Assembly: GCF_018977255.1 (NCBI RefSeq) | Contig: NW_024704742.1 | Span: 130,636,001-130,700,000 of the forward strand | Direction: 5' to 3' | Length of the DNA: 64,000 nt | Source: Callorhinchus milii | Lineage: Eukaryota | In this document: positions 1 to 13,348 of the stretch, piece by piece | Position numbering within the stretch: the first letter of the stretch is position 1 | Layout: every line of letters begins with the position of its first letter | The notes under the pieces: model-generated | Told to the model about the DNA's origin: nothing | Databases searched by the model: none | What the model saw: only the letters and a program-made list of their open reading frames with translations | Translations under genes and position numbers: made by a program

Positions 1-200
1 AGTGACCAAATTATTATTTTGGAAGGAATTACCTCCAGAAAAATGACCCACCAATCGACTAACAACTGGGTTCCTATTTGCTGTTACGTAAACAGAGGCG
101 TGTGGAGTAAGGAAACTTACCCAACATTTCACCCGGCCGGGAATCTAACCCAGGTCTCTCGCTTGCGAGCGAGCGCTCTAATCACTGAGCTACAGACTAC
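1..200 (-). mobile_element. tRNA-derived Deu-core SINE, 5' part
   Basis: Reverse complement of the head gtagctcagtg..ttagagcgctcgctcgcaagcgagagacctgggtt. Confidence 0.85.
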
Positions 201-269
201 AGACTAATCCATGTAGAATAAATTGCTATCAACATCTACATTATTGTAGCATGCAACTAGCAGGATGGT

Positions 270-560
270 AATAATAATAATAACCCTCGCATTTGATATA
301 GATTTGAGACGTCTCAAAGCGCTTCACAGAATATGCTGTAAAGTGAATTGACTGTATATTTTGTGGGCGAACGCGGCAGCCAATTGCGCACAGCAATGTC
401 CCACAAAACAGTCGTGGCTTGAAAATGACCAATTTATTATGGTTTTTTTTTCGGAGGGATTATTATTAGGCTGTGTGTGGAGTAAGGAAACTGGCCCAAG
501 GTCTCGCCCTGACCTGCCCGGGATTGAACCCGGGTCTCTCGCTGGCAAAGCTACAGGACT
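270..560 (-). mobile_element. tRNA-derived Deu-core SINE
   Basis: Core tttgtgggacattgctgtgcgcaattggctgccgcg and (TTA)n tail on the minus strand. Confidence 0.88.
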
Positions 561-1134
561 CGAAGACGTGATAAGGCGCTCTATCAAATGCCAGGATTAT
601 TATTAGCATTAAATACAGTGCAGAGTGTTTTTTCCACATCCACAAAGGCCATCAGCACTTGGCCATCTTCCCCCCCTCCCCCTCCCGCCCCTGTCAATCA
701 AAGCCACGGTAACCACGGGCAACGGCGCACGAATCAACGTCACGGACGGCGGCGCGAACCCTTTCCCCGATCTCTTAAAACAAAAGCAAATTTTCTTCGG
801 TTTTTTTTTGATATATATATACATATACAAGTAAACTCATCACCAAAAAAAAAGAGATAAGATCGGAGCCGTCCGTCGCCGCAAAGTGTTTTACACCCTC
901 TTCGGAAATTAAAATAAACGTCCGTAGCCCAAAGCCCACCAAAAAGTAGCCCCAAAAGTAGCCCAAATCCAGTGCAGCGCCTCCTCACTGAGGTGGCGGA
1001 GTGGCTAATTTACGTTAGTGTTTTCGAAACCGTCCGAAAAGATCTTCCAATTCGGAGGGGAAATAAACCTTTTGCAGATTTAGGTCACAATTTTAAAAAA
1101 TTGGCCGTTTTTTTCCGAACGCGCCACAACAAAA

Positions 1135-1308
1135 CCCGCCCAATTGGGTGTGAAAACCCGCCCAACCCCCCGACGACGTTGGTCGGGGACCAGGGGCAGC
1201 CCGGCCCGGCCCGCGGCGTGACGTCAGCGAGACAAGATGGCGGCGCGGATTTGAAGGGGTCACGTGAGCGACCGCTTTGTCAGACAGTAAAAAAAAGAGA
1301 AGCTGCAG
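1135..1308 (+). promoter_or_regulatory. CpG-island promoter and probable non-coding exon 1 of UBAP2
   Basis: CCAAT ~1140, full CRE TGACGTCA 1219-1226, YY1 motif CAAGATGGCGGC 1233-1244, E-box GTCACGTGA 1259-1267, donor CAG|gtaacg at 1308/1309; CpG-rich sequence spans ~700-3300. Confidence 0.7.
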
Positions 1309-1325
1309 GTAACGGAGCGTCCGGG

Positions 1326-1824
1326 CCCGCGGCCCCGAGACACCCCCTACACACACCCCGCGGCCCCGAGACACCCCCTACACACACCCCGCGGCCCCGA
1401 GACACCCCCTACACACACCCCGCGGCCCCGAGACACCCCCTACACACACCCCGCGGCCCCGAGACACCCCCTACACACACCCCGCGGCCCCGAGACACCC
1501 CCTACACACACCCCGCGGCCCCGAGACACCCCCTACACACACCCCGCGGCCCCGAGACACCCCCTACACACACCCCGCGGCCCCGAGACACCCCCCTTCC
1601 CACACCCCGCGGCCCCGTGTACCCCCACACCCCGCGGCCCCGTGTACCCCCCACACCCCGCGGCCCCGTGTACCCCCCACACCCCGCGGCCCCGTGTACC
1701 CCCCACACCCCCGGCCCCGTGTACCCCCCACACCCCCGGCCCCGTGTACCCCCCACACCCCCGGCCCCGTGTACCCCCCACACCCGCGGCCCCGAGACAC
1801 CTCCCGGCCCCGTGTATCCCCCAC
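1326..1824 (+). repeat. GC-rich minisatellite: ~9 x 31-bp unit (cccgcggccccgagacaccccctacacacac) shifting to ~25-26-bp units (cccgcggccccgtgtaccccccacac)
   Basis: Tandem units read directly; explains the Pro/Gly-rich ORFs in the track. Confidence 0.95.
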
Positions 1825-2009
1825 AGACCAGCCCAGAGACACCGCAGGCGACCCCCAGGCCTCGTGTCTCTCTCTGACACGGACTCCCACCCCCTTCCGG
1901 AGCAACTGCTCCGGACACCGAGCCCGGATCCTCCCCCTCACACCCACCCCGGGCCAACAGCACCGCGCGGCCCCCGCGAACATCTCACACCGACGCCGTG
2001 TCCCACAGC

Positions 2010-2118
2010 CCCTCAGCAGCAGCAGCGGCGGCGGCGCGGCCAGACCTGTAAACCGAGCGGCCTACGGCTCGGCTTCAAACTAGCAGCGAACCCGGGGGAG
2101 GCGGGACAGTGAGTGAGT
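2010..2118 (+). other. Possible alternative non-coding first exon
   Basis: (CAG)n(CGG)n-rich segment in the CpG island ending at overlapping GTGAGT donor-like motifs (2109, 2113); no transcript evidence. Confidence 0.35.
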
Positions 2119-3497
2119 CCCCGGGGTAGTAGTGTTGGTGGTGAAGGACCTGGGGTCCTGGGCCCGCGAAGGTGGGGTCGACTGGGCCCTGAGTGAGAGG
2201 GGCTGCTCGGGTTCGGACGCCGCACGGTGGATATAACCCCGGGTTTGACCCGCTCCCCGGCCCCGCCGGCGAGAAGCCTCTCCTCAAGAGGTTAGATGTC
2301 ACCGAAAGGCCGAGCCGAGCGGGCGAGGCCTTTGCTGCTGAACTGCCGCCACGCGGGCGGCTACCGAGAGCGCGTGAGCCGAAGCCGACACGAGAGACGA
2401 GGCCTTCCCTCTCCCTCTCCCCCCCCATATCCAACCCCTTCCCTCGCTTTACTGTGCAGGGACCAGGCCGAGGTCTTGTTCGGGAGGGCGGGCGGGCGAA
2501 TAGCGCTTAATTTCTCGCCGTTTCCTTCCCCAACAGCGCCGACGAGGCCCCGGGAAGTCGCCCCCTTCCCCTCACCTCACCGGCACATTGCCTTATAACC
2601 CCCCAGACACAGGCCCGGAAAACCCGTCCTGTGTACTGTGTCGTTCGTACTTTTATTTTCTCTCTCTCTCTCTCGTTGGGAAGAGTTCGTTCGTATCCTT
2701 TCTCCCTCTCTCCCCTCTCCCCCCTCTCCCCCCACCACCACTACACAGAAATGCCGAGCGTTGCGTTGGGTTTCAAACCGTCTGGTTATTATTGTGCCTT
2801 CGTCTGGTTTTTGAGCGGCAAACGTGGGTGTTGTGAGGGGTGATTTAGTGAAGACATCCGCGGAGGGGTGAGGGAGGGGGGTGGGTGGTGGGGTGGAGGG
2901 GGTGGGTGGGGAGGAAGGCCCCCAGGACTGTGTCTGGGATTTTATTTTACCCATTGCCTCAAGGCTTCGCCCCCGTCTCTAACCTTCGGTTCCGTGAGGA
3001 AATAAAAATGGTAAATCGCAACGTCTTGATTTCCTCCGTTCGCGGTGGGGCTGTTGCTGGAGTAACATTTCGCTCTCTCTCTCCCTCCCCCCTCTCCCTC
3101 CCTATGTGGTGGGGCTGCGATTCGAGAGATTTTTTTTCGGGCCTCAGGAACGAACGAACAGCTGTTGTTTTTCCAAAGGGGAAGAGAGGAATTTTATTTG
3201 GGGAGGGCGGTGGGTTGGGGGGGAAACAAAGAGATTCGGTCGATAGAATATCTCGACACGTCCCTCCTTTTTGTTTACCAAAACCCCCCACTGTTTCTAA
3301 GCCTTTGAAAGTAGACCCTTTTTTTAAAAAAATAAAAATAAAGTCCTTCGATTCACTGTATCGGGATGTAAACACACTGCAGTGATTTTTTTTCACACAT
3401 GGCCGGTTGCTAAGGCATGTGGCTTCCAAGTGCAATTGTGGATCAGATTTCTGATGCTCGGAAGGACATCCTTTTAGGTGCACTGTTTTATAATAAT

Positions 3498-3680
3498 ACT
3501 AATAATAATAATAATCCTTGCATTTGATATAGCGCTTTTCACGTCGGGAGGACGTCCCAAAGCGCTTCACAGAACACACTGTAAAGTGAATTGACTGTAT
3601 ATTTGTGGGCGAACGCGGCAGCCAATTGCGCACAGCAATGTCCCACAAACAGTCGTAGATTGAAAATGACCCAATTTTTT
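3498..3680 (-). mobile_element. SINE 3' half
   Basis: Near-identical to 13349-13520. Confidence 0.88.
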
Positions 3681-6600
3681 TTTTAAGCGAAGTTTTTCTC
3701 TTGAGGCATTTCCCCTTCCTTCTAAAATGTTTGCTTCCTTGTTTGGGGTCCCCGCCGCTGCTTTCGTGAAGCACACCGAGGCATTCTTTTGTGTGAAAGG
3801 CTTTTTAAGTTTTGGTAACAGAAAATAGCCATTTATTCTTTCCCGCCTCTTCCACCAGAGACCATTCCGCGACCCATATACCACAAACCTTTCCAAACCA
3901 CGTTATGCCCTTTAATATTTTTATCCTCCCAAGTTAAGTCCCTCTCAATTGATTTCTTGTCTGTCTATTTTGGAGTATTAGATTCCAGATTTGTATTGCC
4001 CTCTCTATGAGAATATTTTTTTCCTCATCTTGTTTTATCCTAACCAGTTATAACTTCATTTTAAGGTTCTGTCTCCTTATAACTGATGGACCCCCATATA
4101 TATTTTGTAGAACTCTGTAAATGTTTTGTTAATTTCCATATTTTCTTTAATTTAAATACGTAAACCAAGCAGCCAATGTAAAACTACTGTGCTGTTAGCT
4201 GCGGTTTTTCTCTTTGTATTGCTATTGTTTCTGGCTGTAGCAATCGCTGGTCGAATCACGCAGCAAAGTTATTTTGCCATTATTCTATTCTGGTGATTGC
4301 CGAACACTTATATCGGTTTGTACAGACCACCCTGTTCGTGGCTGGTCTGGGTCCGTAACTTCAGATCCCTTCACCTCTCAACAAAGTGTGAACAAAGAGG
4401 CACCTTCCAGGTCATTGGATTGCCATTGCTGACCCTGTTGGTCACCATGTGAAGGAAGCGCTGCAGTGTCACTTCCTGTGCACCAAGTGAGATCAGCAAT
4501 GCTGCCTTTTTTTTTGGTGGCAACCTGATGTCCAGAAAAGTGGAAGCTGCATGGATCACAGGGAGTCCACAGTACACTGTTCTACACCAGGGCGCCTTAT
4601 AACTTGGTGGCCCTGTCCTGTGTGAGTTCAGCGCTCATTAGTAAAATAATCGAAAAATACATTTTTTTACAGATGTGTTTAATGTCAACCTGTCAGGATT
4701 GTAAATGTGATACTGTATTTCAGATGTATAACAATGCATTTCTTGTAGTATAGTGATACGTGCATTTAAAGGCTAAATAGGTTTCATAGCTGTCTTCATA
4801 TATTTAGTAGTTGGTTTATTGTAGGTGCATTTTCATGTTGAGATATCTACTAACTTTATATTAACTTTACACGATGGTTTTGGAGGGGTAATGGAAGTAT
4901 TTTAGTTTGTTGAGGAAATGACTATTGAGAAGAGGTGATTTCAGAATTATGAAGTTTGTAGTGGTGCATATTTGGAATGAGGTATGGGATGGCATTTACT
5001 GCATTTTAGTGTTGAAAATCCTATTAGTACTTTGTCAAAGATGTTGACTAAGTGATTAAATTTATGGTTTGACTCAGTTGATAACCCTCTTGCCACTCGG
5101 TCAGAATAGTGAGTTGTGGATGGTAGGCGGGTCAAGTTCCACATAGGTAGCTGAGCTCACACTGTGGGCTGATACCCCAGTGCAGTACTGGGGGAATACT
5201 GCTTTGTTATCATCCTTTGGTTAGATCAAAGTCCTACTTCCTTGTTCTTCAGGTTCACTTTAAAAATCCGTTGTCACTTTTGAAAAGAGGAATTTCTCCC
5301 AGTGTCCTGTTCAATAATCCTCCATTTAACTTAGTCAATTCACCAAATTGCTGTTGCTCATAAATCTTACTATGAACAAAATGGCTGCCGCATCAGTCAT
5401 TGTCCACAAAATCACTCCCTCAACTTGACGGTAATTATAAAAATGTTATTTTGTAATGTGCCCCCACCCCCCCACACGCACTTTTATCTGTGGTCCTTTG
5501 CTGAAAAACTTTCACTGCAGCAAAAAAATGTTGGAAGGGGTGGTGGAGAAATGCACGAATATGAAGGATCTTCAATCTGTAAATCACAGTCTAAAACCTG
5601 GTCTCTACTATTGCCTTCAATGCACCTTAAGGGGTTAATTACTGCAAGTAATATTTCCCAGCTGCCTCACTGCAGGAGTGAATGTATACCCATTCCAGCC
5701 AGTAATAATGTATTATTTTCCTTGGAGAATCTCCAGGAATTGTGAACAGAGTACAGAGCAGGGTGTATTAATGTTGAAAAGTATAAATCTGTGCCAGGTT
5801 TTGAAGCTTTAATATTTTAAGAAAAAAATTGACAATCTCATTTGTACTCTTTGAAATTGAAAATGTTTTTGGTATGAGGGTTTTTTAGTCTGAGAAGCTG
5901 TACAACTGCTAATTGACATTTTAGATCAAGAAAGTGAGAATAAAGCAGCAACAGATTATTTCAGTGAAGTTATTATTTTCAAACAAAAATTAACTGCCAA
6001 AATAATTTGTCTCTGTTCTCCTAGGCTGCACGTACACCATCAGAATATCTCCTCCAGCCAAGTCAATGGGGCCACTTAAATGTGCATCTGACCTTGTGCA
6101 GCTCTGGGACTAGCTGGGGAGGAAATGTAAAATATTTTTTAGGAAGGGAGGAGGTGAGATCTCATTGGAGCTTCCTCTTCCTGTTTCAACGCCTTGTATT
6201 CTGTTTTTAGATGAAGATGGATTGTCTGCAGGTTTGATTTGTTTAGTTAGGAACAACTAAATGCCACTAAAGTTCTTTGATTAACCTTAAAAGGCACATT
6301 TTGTCATTGTCATTCGTATGTTGAAAAAACAGACTTTATTAAAAAGGTGAATGTAGTGCACAGTGTAAAAAAAAATGTTAAAAAAAATGCAGAGTTGTCC
6401 AGAAAGACGAGGAAGAGTTGGGAGATGTGGAGCTTGGGTTTTAAGAGTTTCTATAGTTCTGTGGGAAGCAGCTAGGATATTGACATCCTGACGACTTAAG
6501 TTACAGTCAAGTTATCCAGAGTTTACTCTGTGTGCCAGTATTTCTGGAGACAGATTAGATTCTCAGATTAAATGGATTTGATAGTTTACGATTTGTTTTG

Positions 6601-7164
6601 TGGTAACTTAATGGACCCAATGTCCTTTTGTCCTTGCCTATATTTTATAAATAGTATTGTCCATGTCACTCATGGTGTGATTGGGCCAATTTCTTTAATG
6701 TAGAACTACAAACACACAATTATGGTACATGGAGGCAAAAGAGAATGTGCCCTTCATACTAAAGGTACTGTGTATATATATATATTTCAAACTCCAGATC
6801 TTCCAAGGAAAATGCAAATAACTGAATTGCTCAATAATTCTAGTTGATGTGAAAACCTAAATGCCATCATCTTACCTTTCTATGCAGTAAATAGTTAGAG
6901 GTGGTTGAGAAGCAGCCATTTTGTGCAGGAATGTGTGCTTCAGGCATCTGGCAGTGCATGCTTTATAATCACAGAATTCCCATTGGTGCATCCAAGGATG
7001 TATACTCCAGCTCACTGAGCCAGTCCAGAACCTTGGCGTTTTGTTTATAATAATATATAATCCTTGCATTTGATATAGCGCTTTTCATGTCTTCTCAACG
7101 TCTCAAAGCGCTTCATAGAATAGACTGTAAAGCGAATTGACCATATATTTGTGGGTGAACCCTC

Positions 7165-7790
7165 AACTGTCCTTTACCCCACTTCCATGCCATGCCTTCC
7201 ACTCAGCCTCTCCCCCCACCCTCCCACCACCTCCGCAACATCACCCGGCTCCGCCACTGCCTCACCCCTCAGGCTGCTGAAACCCTCATCCACGCATTCA
7301 TCACATCTAGACTGAACTACGCCAACTCCCTGCTTGATGGCCTTCCCAACTCTTTCTATCACAAGCTGCAGATCATCCAGAACTCTGCAGCTTGTGTCCT
7401 TTCCCACACCAGGCTCCGGCTCCACTGGCTCCCCATCCCCCAGAGGATAGAGTTCAAAATTCTCGTTGTCGCCTTCAAGAGCCATTCACGGCCTTGCTCC
7501 ATCCTACCTCTAACTTGCTAACCCCATATCAACTTGCCTCTTCCCCCCACTCTGAGGCGGTCAGGCCTTCAGCCTCTCTGCCTGCACTCTTTGGAACTCC
7601 TTCCTTCATTCCCCTTGCCTCCTTCAAGGCAAGTCTCAAGACCCTTCTCTTCGTAGTGCCTTCGGCTGACCTCCACCTCCCTGATCCCAACCTCCTGCTA
7701 GGGTCCAAATCCCTGACTGTCCAGCGCCTTGGGACGTCCTCCCTATGTGAATGGCACTATACAAATGTAATTTTGCTTTATTTTGGTGGC
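7165..7790 (+). mobile_element. L2-clade LINE 3' fragment
   Basis: ORF with [16 protein letters not shown] and LHWLPIPQRIEFK; L2-type tail. Confidence 0.88.
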
Positions 7791-8154
7791 TATTGCCAAA
7801 AGCGCTACATGTAACACTAACCTGAATTTTACCCCAATGTTGTTTCAGTAGAGTTTACTTCAGCTTTTAAACCATTTTTATATTAGTGCTCCGTTGTCTT
7901 GAATAATTAAATACTCAAGCAAGAGTTGTTGCTATGGAAATGCATTGCTTTCTGGGCTTCTTTGTTGGTGGTGTCTACTTCAGGAAGTGCAAAATGTCAC
8001 GACTTTGATCAACTTTGTGAGATGCGTGTAAACGTTTACAATTCACATACAACGTAAACTCACTAAAAAGGTTACAAATGGACAGGAAATTTGACCGAAT
8101 CAATGGGTTGAAAATATATATTTCACCTGCAAAATATACAGTCGATTCACTTTA

Positions 8155-8460
8155 GTGGAGTCCTGTAGCTCAGTGGTTAGAGGACTCGCCTTGCAAGCAA
8201 GAGACCTGGGTTCATTTCCCAGCAGGGCGAAACCTTGGGCAAGTTTCCTGACTCCACACACCTGATAATAATCCCTCAAGAAAAAAAACCAATAATAAAT
8301 TGGTCACTTCAATCCACGACTGTTTGTGGGATATTGCTGTGTGCTGCCACATTTCGCCCACTAATATACAGGCGATTCACTTTACAGTCTATTCGGTGAA
8401 GCGCTTTGAGACGTCTAGAAGACGTGACAAGTGCTATATCAAATGCAAGGATTATTAGTA
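8155..8460 (+). mobile_element. Full SINE inserted in an older SINE tail (8131-8154 and 8461-8545)
   Basis: Head gtggagtcctgtagctcagtggttagag; the interrupted tail resumes at 8461. Confidence 0.85.
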
Positions 8461-10904
8461 TTACAGTATATTTTGTGAAGTGCTTTGAGGCATCTCAAAG
8501 GCATGATAAGGCACTATATCAAATGCAAGGATTGTTATATTATTGTTGACCTCACAAGAGAGTTTACATTGTTATTCTGTAGTCTATTACATAATCTTGA
8601 TTGAGGCCACATTCATATTTTCGATTTAGTCCTCTTGCAGTCAGGCACACCATAACGTTAATCAAACCTTCTGAGTTTCGGGGCCTGTATTATAGACTTG
8701 GTCCCATTTGAATCATTTCTGTTGTGGAATGTTCTACAGAAACACAAAAATAATGCTTGCTAATCCATTCTCCTATTGGTGTGTTTAGGAGCTGTAGATG
8801 TGAAAGGCACTATATAAATGCAATTTGTTGTTTATGTGGTGTGTGGGTGGGGGTTGATCCTCCTTCAATTCTTGGAATAATGACTTCTGTATACTATGAG
8901 ACACCAGGACGCTATGGGTAATCCCTGTGCTGTGTCTGTAATGACGTACTTTATCATTTAGACTGTGACAGTCATGGAAATGGGTCACTTGGCCCAACTA
9001 GTTCATACACCATGTAAACCTCCAATTGTCCGCTACTATACCCAACTATTTTCTTCCCCTTATTTAACATCTTTTTAAATATTTTGGATGCTGACAGAAG
9101 CCATAGCTTCTGACAGTGAGTTCCACATTCTCCCACACCTTCTAAACGCCCTTTTAAATCTGTCACTGTTTATTTTATATTTGTGCCTCTTGTTAGACTC
9201 GACAGCAAGTGGAAATGGCTTATTAATATCCGCCTTATCAAATTCTTCAATAATGTTAAACGCATTATATACTGTGGAAAATAAACTGAGTGTGAGGGTC
9301 TGGTTGCCTCATCTGTATGCTGTGAGCCTGAGAACGATGTTGTGCTTCAATAATACCTGGTCCATACTTTCAAGGCCTTGTTTCAAGACAGGTTGGGATT
9401 TTTATGATCCCCAAAACTGAAGTATAATGGTGCTCCATGTAGAAATGAGATTGTAAGACCACACTGGTGAGTTGATTGCATTTTTGGGTGACCTTAAGTT
9501 GAGTTTGCACTATATATACTTTCAGGAGGTATGCGGGTCTGTTCTGTTAGTCACTCCAAATGTAACATACAGTTTGCGTTTAAAGTTAGATTGTTTGATA
9601 CTGGCAGAAAATGCCTTGGATTTCAAGAAACTACAGAGATGAGAAAATAGCTTCATGATTTTCTCAGGGTGATCCCTTTTGCTATAAGTTATTAAATATT
9701 TCAGTTGACTTAATAAACTGAGAAAAGACTAGCAGCTTTCATTCATCAGCGTACAAGTTGAAAGAACTTCAAAATTCAAGGTTTGGAAAATGTAAGGGAT
9801 GGGCTGCTTACAAATCTATGTAGGATTTGTTGTGTAAAAATAAATGATTTCAATTGAGGGTCAGACGTTTAGCCTAAAAGACCAGTTAGGGTTATTTTCA
9901 GAATAGTATGCAGTAATGCAATAGATTTAGAAAAAAGATTGCCTGGAGATGGGTGTATGCTTTTTGTAACTTTCTCCCCTTTACTTGGTCGGGCCATCAA
10001 AAGCAGGTTATTTGCCATCTTGAGCAGAATGATAGTGTCTTATGTTATACATTCAAGTGTACAGTTTATAACTGAAGTGGGGTAAAAGGCCAAGTTTGTT
10101 TCTAACAAAATGGTCTGGAAGGGAAACTTAAATCTAGGTAGGTAAGTTATCTGTAGTAAAAAAAAAAGTAATTTATGAAGTAGTTTTCTAGACGAGCTGT
10201 TGCTGGATACATGCCCAGAATTGCCATGACTGAAACAGTCATTGCATTGCATAGAATTACTGACCCAACAATAAAATGTTAGCCATTTGATGGTTATTAA
10301 TGTAGAACACTAAATATAGAAACTTTTCTGCTAAATTCACCAAGAAACAATAAAGCTTCATCATTTTGAAAGGTTTTGTGTCCAGATTACATTGTTATAA
10401 TAATAGCTTAGCATAAAAGTCTTGAAAATCTGGCTATTTCAACAGTTATTGAACTCCTGATTGAAACCTTTCTTCAGAAACTTGCCCTCTTGTCAGTTTT
10501 CAGTTGGTTACTTGCTTTAATGTAATCGTCAATGAATTTGGTAAGTTGTGAGTGATAATACGCAAGAACAGATGGCTAAACTTGCTCTGCCCCAAACAGT
10601 ATTGTAAAAAACAGTAGTGAGACAGTTATCCCCACCGATTGGGACCAGCCCCATCGCAGATAAGCAAACAGTGAGGATAATTGGATATCACGCAAAATAC
10701 AAATTGGCCACGGGTCTGACTTAAAATGTGTTCCAACTGGATTTATATTATTACTATAGTACCATTCCGCGCAAGAACGGCACTTTCGTGTTACTTTCTC
10801 CGTCTTTCCTTTTCACTCGACCCTTCTTTTGAGTAACTTGTCTTTTTGTCTCCTGCGCTCTCCCACGTTCTGTCGTCTGTGCAGTTAAACTGATATGAGG
10901 TTAA

Positions 10905-11672
10905 TTGGCGTTACCCTCCAGCTTACTAAGCCAGTCCGGAACCTTGGGGTCTTGTTTGACCCTCAACTAACCTTTTTACTTCACATCTGTGCCATGACCC
11001 GCTCTGCCTTCCCCCACCTCCGCGACATCGCCCGGCTCTGCCACTCTCTCACTCCACAGACCGCCAAAACCCTCGTACACACTTTCATTAAATCAAGGCT
11101 TGACTATTCAAACTCACTGCTTGTCGGCCTCCCCAACTCCTACCTCCATAGGCTGCAGATCATCCAGAACTCTGCAGCCCGTATCCTCTCCTGCACCAGG
11201 CTCCGTGACCCTATCACCCCATCCTTGCCCAACTCCACTGGCTTCCCCTCACACAGAGGATACAGTTCAAGATCCTGATTCTCACCTTCAAAGCCCTCCA
11301 TGGTCTTGTTCCCCCCCCCCACCTCTGCGACATCCTAACCCCCAACCATCCTGCTCACTCCCTCTGCTCAGCGGGCTCTGATATGCTTCACGTCTCCTGC
11401 CTCGCTCGCCCCACTATTGGCGGGCGGGCCTTCAGCCACTCTGCCCCCACCCTCTGGAACTACATCCTACAGTCCCTCCGCCTTGCCCCCTCCCTTGCCT
11501 CCTTCAAGACCCATCTCAAGACCCTCCTCTTCGACCGTGCTTTCGATCTCCCTGCTTCCAACCACCACCCTCCCTGATCCTAACACCCAGCTCGGGTCAG
11601 AAAATCTGCCTGTCCAGCACCTTGGGACGTCCTCCCAATGTGAAATGCGCTATACACATGTAATGTTGTTGT
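10905..11672 (+). mobile_element. L2-clade LINE 3' fragment
   Basis: [22 protein letters not shown], (TTG)n tail. Confidence 0.9.
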
Positions 11673-12299
11673 TTATTCTGCTGTATTCTTACAGTACAAG
11701 TTGCATATTTTAGGTTTGCATATGTCAGAAGGTGGATTAAAAGCTTTGCCAATACAACCTACGTTTTATTTTATCTGGCAACTTGCTGTAGTTTGGTGCA
11801 GAGTGGTCTAAAGATTGAAGAGTTTGTATTCTCTGTTTTTATTTTTATTTTCAGCTGACTGTCTTGATCCATGCAGAAATCCATCACTGTGCTTAAGCGT
11901 CTTGAGTCCCATGTATGCCATCTACACATGAAAATTCCTGTCTGGAATGGAATCCGCATTCTCCCTGGAGGGATGCACCCTGCTTACTTAATTCCAGACA
12001 GTATTGGGTGCAGGTTGGCCAGAGCTAGCCCTTGGGGACCCTAGAGCATGGAGTTCAACCATCTAAAACCGTACAGCTTGTCATTGAAAGCACTTTATGG
12101 AAAGCTTCAGACTCCTTTGTCCATCTTGGACCACCTTACCCGTTAGGGCTTTGGCTTGTCCTAGTGACTGGTCTGCCTCTCCAAGTTCTGCTGATGAAGC
12201 TAGGCTGGCTGGTCTGTCATTAGCAGTGCCCTGGAGTCCTGCAGACCCAACAAACTCAGGAATCTACCAAGACCACATTTTGAATCCTGGAGATCCCCA

Positions 12300-13022
12300 G
12301 TGGAGTCCTGTAGCTCAGTGGTTAGAGCATTCACCTCGCAACAACAAAATGACTTATGTATAGCGCCTCTCACGTCAGGAGGACGTCCCAAGATGCTAGA
12401 CATTCTGTGTTTCGGACTCGAGATGGGGTCGGGGAGGGTGGAGGGCAATGGGGGGGGAGGAGAGTGCTCAAAGGCATGATCAAAGAAGGGTCTTGAGACG
12501 GGTCTTGAAGGAGGGAAGGGACGAAGTGGAGGGAGTGTGCGATGGAGTTCCAAAAGGTGGGGGCAGAATGGCTGAAGGCCTACCCGCCAATGGTGGGATG
12601 GGCGAAGCAGGGGATGTGAAGCAAGTCAGAGCCTGCTAAGTGGATGGAGCGGGCAGGTTGATAAAGGATGGGGAGATCGCAGAGGTAGGGGGGAGCAAGC
12701 GAGAGACCTGGGTTAGATTCCTTGCAGGACGAAACTTTGGGCAAGTTTCCTTACTCCACATGCCTGTTTACCTAGCAGTAAGTAGGAACCCGAATGTTAG
12801 TCGATTGGCAGATTGCTTTTCCACAGGAAATAATTCCTTCAAAAAAATAATAAATTGGTCACTTCAATCCACGTTTGTGGGACACTGCTGTGCGCAATTG
12901 GCTGCCGCGTTTTGCCCACTAAATATTCAGTCAATTCACTTTACTCTATATTCTATGAAGTGCTTTGAGACGTCTCGAAGACGTGATGAGGCGCTATATC
13001 AAATGCAGGGATTATTATTATT
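12300..13022 (+). mobile_element. SINE with a minus-strand L2 3' fragment (12342-12694) nested in its tRNA head
   Basis: Head split at GCAA and resumes at 12695. Confidence 0.87.
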
Positions 13023-13348
13023 AAGGCTGCCTCGATTCCAACATTCCATTGCCAAGCGTGTCACCTTGGAGCCAGTTCAGCTCCAAGAAGTTTACCTTCC
13101 ATTCCCCCCCACCCCCCACGGAGGATAGTCAATGGTTGGATTTTGATGCTTGACAAGTACAGGTTTGAGCCATCACATGGTGAATGGAAGATACCAGAAA
13201 CTTTGTGAGCTTCTTGGTGAGCTGCACAACTGAGCATGAAATACCTGAGAATTTCCACCATTTTCCTGCCCGCAGCTCAGATCACATCTTGAACCATTGA
13301 GCGATGATTCCTTCAGTTGGAGTGGTGAAACTTAAGCAGCAGCTTCTT

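Noticed and set aside
1326..1824. CRISPR-like array
   Set aside because: Head-to-tail tandem units with no unique spacers, in eukaryotic context.
972..1877. 301-aa Pro-rich ORF and overlapping minus-strand Gly-rich ORFs
   Set aside because: Produced by the stop-free minisatellite and CpG island; the 31-aa periodicity equals three 31-bp units.
3499..3774. Recurrent ORFs ending IKCKDYYY or containing [15 protein letters not shown]
   Set aside because: Translations of the same SINE family, not a protein family.
8155..8230. tRNA-Ala(TGC)-like gene (also 12300, 24591, 38378)
   Set aside because: These are SINE heads that continue into the Deu core and LINE-like tail; no proper acceptor stem or Pol III terminator.
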